Source: Schmidtea polychroa (taxonomy: Eukaryota). Taken from it: a stretch of DNA of 64,000 nt. The position numbers and the translations under genes were made by a program. The notes under the pieces are model-generated. The model saw only the letters and a list, made by a program, of their open reading frames with translations, did not search any database and was not told the DNA's origin. Within the stretch, counting starts at the first letter, position 1. Each line of letters opens with the position of its first letter. This document shows, piece after piece, positions 60,279 to 64,000 of this stretch. The stretch spans positions 227,478,001 to 227,542,000 of the forward strand of contig CM097885.1 of assembly GCA_044892525.1 (NCBI GenBank). The letters are read 5' to 3'.

Positions 60279-60296
60279 ATCCCGGCTGAGCCCCCA
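60279..60296 (-). promoter_or_regulatory. Primer-binding site, tRNA-Pro type
   Basis: TGGGGGCTCAGCCGGGAT, 16/18 identical to the classical tRNA-Pro PBS TGGGGGCTCGTCCGGGAT; 7 nt from the 5' LTR end. Confidence 0.85.
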
Positions 60297-60303
60297 AAAA
60301 TCA

Positions 60304-63300
60304 TGTTGGGCGTATATGGGAGAAGTCAAACGGACATTCGTAGTGCCGCTGGCATCATGTTCCTTTAGCTCGGGCCATTCCCCCACATAACCCGCATGAT
60401 TTACAAATATTCCCTCATGTGAGCCCGTGATGATCTACCCACGTTGGTGCTGCTCACACGGGTCGGAGTTGATCCGCAGGTGAGCCCCTGCCTTAGGACT
60501 ACTACGGACCCACTCTCAGTTCAGGTTCCCCGGTGCCTAAGAAGGTCTTACCCATACTCGTCATGCATTCTTGGTACGACCCTGGTCCAAGGGGACGACC
60601 CACATTCTCCAATGGTCATTCCAATTCATTTATCCAGTCATAACTCATCACTCTATAACTTTTACGGGACAACACAACGAATACTATGATTATATTAATG
60701 AAATTGAGGATACATATAAACACAAATTGCAGAATCACAACACGTAGGAGAGTACAAACATGCATCATCCAAGTCATTTATAAAGATTGTTGAGCTTGAT
60801 CGCGTCGGATGAGAGATGGGTCAACGACATGTCCAATTATGGGAAAACTTCCCCTTCGGCGATCATCTCGTCGATGTCGACCGGTAACCGACGGTCTCGC
60901 ACGAGCTGGACCCCTTCGGGCGAGATCACCCGGAATATCTCCTTTGTGGGGGTAGAGGGTATTGACGATAACTTCTCCAGAGAAGACTTGGCCACAGATA
61001 ACGACGCCTCAAGAGCCGCGATTGCATCTCGGCGTCTTTGATTTTTGGCGGCTCGGGTCGGCCGTTTTCTTTTACGCTGTGGTTGATGGTTGTCCGCATC
61101 GGGTGCTGTAACTGATGTCACTAAAACTGGAGCCAAGATAGGGGCGGATGGACCATCCACCGGCGGCTGACAACTATATAAGGCCGGTGCTGGAACAGGC
61201 GGCAGATAGGAGCCGTGCCCCAGACAACTGGTTGTAGCGGTGGAAGTACTTTGGTGGTGAGTTGGAAAAACATTACTGGCCTCCAAGACGGGAAATTCTC
61301 GTACCCGTTTGGCCAATTCTGCCTCCGTGTAGACCTTGTGGAGGGCTTCCGATTGCGCCTTGATCGTCAGTCTTTGACAGCGACTCTCCTCTAGGAGGCT
61401 GTCCCGGCAATGTTCCAACCGAAGAATTTTACTGCGCTCCTCCTTCATCTGTGGCGGGGAGAACCACGTGCCTTCATAGAGATCAATTCTCTTTTTCAGT
61501 GCCCCGATATATAAGTGGAGTTGTGCTATGACTGCGTTTTTATCTGCGCAGGAGAAGCATGGACGAAGATCCTTGTTCGTAGCGGTTGAAGCAGGCATCT
61601 AAAGATCAAGACGTTTTGTTATTCGTGGAGTGTAAAAAAAAAATTGCATTGGAGGGTCGTTTCCAAATTTTTGACTACGAGTTTTACCCTATTTTCAATC
61701 ATACTACTCGACAATGACCCACCTACCCATGGCGCTGGTCAACATTCACACTCATTTGTCTGCAAGCATCCATACTGATAGAGAAAAAGAAAACGGAATT
61801 CCTCGAAATAATACATTTATCATAACTTTGACTTTATGTTTGTCTTTCTGAAATTGGCCATTTTTATTTAATGTGTTTTTATTAATTTACCACAGTCGAA
61901 TTTATTATAAGTATCCTTCCCTAGTAATAGCATTCCCACTCCCCGCACTACTATATTCATGAAATTACGCGCGAGTTGTGTCGTAAAAACCTAGTTCGGT
62001 ATGACTGGTGACTATGGGTGTTTTAAACATCGTGATCGGCTTCATAGAAAAAGAACCGCAAAAATTTAATTTCAATCTCATTATAATTTGCTGTTTGATC
62101 AGCTTAAATCTTGCGCCATAAATGTCGTCATGACGACGCTTGTTTGTGAATAGTGGTGTATTAGTTTCACTCTGGATGTAGGCTAGCAGATGTCGTCAGG
62201 TCTGTTCGTATGTATGCATTGTATGATTTATTGTCAGCCTGTGTTTGTGGACTAGGTAGAAATTCTACTATTCAGTATGACGTAATCTCGCTGTCGGGTT
62301 GGACATGTAGTCTAATCATCTCTTATTTTACCGGTACGCAATTGTGAGATAAATTTATCTACTATCTGCACACTAGACATGACATTGCTGGCTGATTTTC
62401 CAGATAGGTTGGAGTCTGAGAGAGTGTCACAGAAATCACATGAATCTAATTGTGTGGGTTAAATTGCGAATCTACTAGATAAGATTGATTTTATATTTAG
62501 ATTTTTCTCTACTAATTGGTTTTGAGATAAAAACTGTCGACTCGTTTGCTCGTGACTGAGGCTTCAGATGTCTTATCAATCGATTTCCCGGCAGTCTCCT
62601 ACACTCACTCGATGTTGTTGGCGACCGTTTCTTTCGGACTCATAGCCAGTGTTTAAATCTACTATCTGGAGATGTTCACTCATCTCTAAAACGGCTATTA
62701 TCGATGACAGCGACTAGTTGTCGGTTGGTGATTAAGTTTCCCCGGAGTCGACGATAAGCAAGACGATGGATCTATTCGCTAACCTACTGGCGGTGTAGAT
62801 TCTAAGGCATCTTCAGATTGCAAGATACGAAATGGGCTTAATACAGAGAATTTCTCGTAAAAACTCGAAATTAATAACTCCTTCCGGTGGACATTCTAAC
62901 AGTCACTTTTCTCAATGCAAGACGAATATGGCTCAAACTCCAAGATTATTTAATTACGTGATTGGACACAATGCTGATGATAGTTTTAATGGTATATCTC
63001 CTGGAGTTCCCAAGGTATCGTTGATTCAAACTATGTCACTCAGAAGTTTCTGCAATGGGTGATTTTCGACAACTAAGATGGTTGGGTTTCACTCGATGAA
63101 AGAAAGCATTTACTTGATTTGTTAAATCTCACATGGTTTCCTCGCTCCTCACACCCCACCCAAGGCAGTACGCATCTCTGCCCACTGCTCTTGGACCGGT
63201 GTAAAGGACGACTCGACCCGTCTCATCGCAACTCCATTCTCAATAAATGTGCAATAATACAATTTAATTATTCAATAAATCAATATAGAAATAATGGAAT

Positions 63301-64000
63301 TATGAGGAAATCAATTAAATAAATGTTCACCTGGCGACCACGACATTTGGATTCCGGGCATGATGACTCTGGTTAATATAAATCTCTCATTCATTAAGTA
63401 ATCACTTTAGTTTCTAAATTCATATGGATCTTGGGCTGGTTCTATCACTTCAATTTCCTGAGTTCATATTCGTAAATGTCCTCTCCGTAGGACGTTCGAA
63501 AAATCCAACTACATCATACCCGGACTCCAGAGGACGTCGTCGCCAGCATCATAGAGAGAAAGCAACACCTTCGTTTAAAATATGAAATTTATTGGATTAT
63601 AAACGTCTTGTTAAATTCATAATAAATATTTAAATCATCATACTAAAATCTAAAAACATAATTTACCAAAAATCTCCGAAGGTGTTAGATCAAAGTAATA
63701 TAAGTTTTCTTTAGATAGACTCGTTCGGCTTAACTGAATTCGATCTCCGGTAAAAGTATACGTTATCCGATGTATGAATATGGTTCAATAATCTGTGCTC
63801 GTGAGTGGTTCCTAGTTTTCCTGTAGAGTTTCGGGTTAGAATGATTATATAAAGGATAAAATTTTACCTGTAGAGTTTCGGGTTAGAATGATACTCTACA
63901 GATTTTTGTCGCTCTTTATATATTACTTTTCGTCCAATCAGGACGCGACTTGCATGTAATATTATTATTTATTATGATTTTTATGTTTTTTAATGTAATC
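60304..64000 (-). repeat. 5' LTR (truncated by the window edge)
   Basis: Matches 33925-37621 with no indel; no substitution noticed by eye. Confidence 0.97.
60837..61598 (-). CDS. LTR-encoded protein, copy D', in the 5' LTR (253 aa)
   Basis: Translation identical to 34458-35219. Confidence 0.85.
   Translation of the reverse strand: MPASTATNKDLRPCFSCADKNAVIAQLHLYIGALKKRIDLYEGTWFSPPQMKEERSKILRLEHCRDSLLEESRCQRLTIKAQSEALHKVYTEAELAKRVREFPVLEASNVFPTHHQSTSTATTSCLGHGSYLPPVPAPALYSCQPPVDGPSAPILAPVLVTSVTAPDADNHQPQRKRKRPTRAAKNQRRRDAIAALEASLSVAKSSLEKLSSIPSTPTKEIFRVISPEGVQLVRDRRLPVDIDEMIAEGEVFP

Larger units (their letters stand above)
33925..64000 (-). mobile_element. Giant Ty3/gypsy (Metaviridae) LTR retroelement with envelope-like glycoprotein; runs off the window (predicted end 64425, ~30.5 kb)
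   Basis: Direct repeats at constant offset 26379; PR-RT-RH-IN order; PBS; left flank ATAC (33921-33924) is the predicted TSD. Confidence 0.97.

Overview
AT-rich animal genomic DNA with short (44-63 nt) introns and three N gaps; a planarian-like host is an inference. The right half holds an apparently intact, minus-strand giant Ty3/gypsy LTR retroelement (33925 to beyond the window end, predicted about 30.5 kb). It has 4.1-kb LTRs that look identical, a tRNA-Pro-type PBS and one uninterrupted 4624-aa ORF. That ORF runs Gag (3 CCHC) - ubiquitin-like repeats - Bcl-2-like domain - chuvirus-like class III fusion glycoprotein - protease - RT - RNase H - integrase - ankyrin repeats - membrane tail. 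The element also carries accessory genes (full-length TRAF, IAP-type RING, coiled-coil and membrane ORFs) and a protein gene inside each LTR. The left half contains three TSD-flanked solo LTRs of related families carrying the same LTR gene, and several more relics of a covarying U5 RNA structure. It also has a 9-exon host ZIP/SLC39 transporter gene with altered metal-binding motifs, plus Penelope, Tc1, piggyBac-MITE and Helitron-like remnants. All homology calls are by eye; no searches were run.
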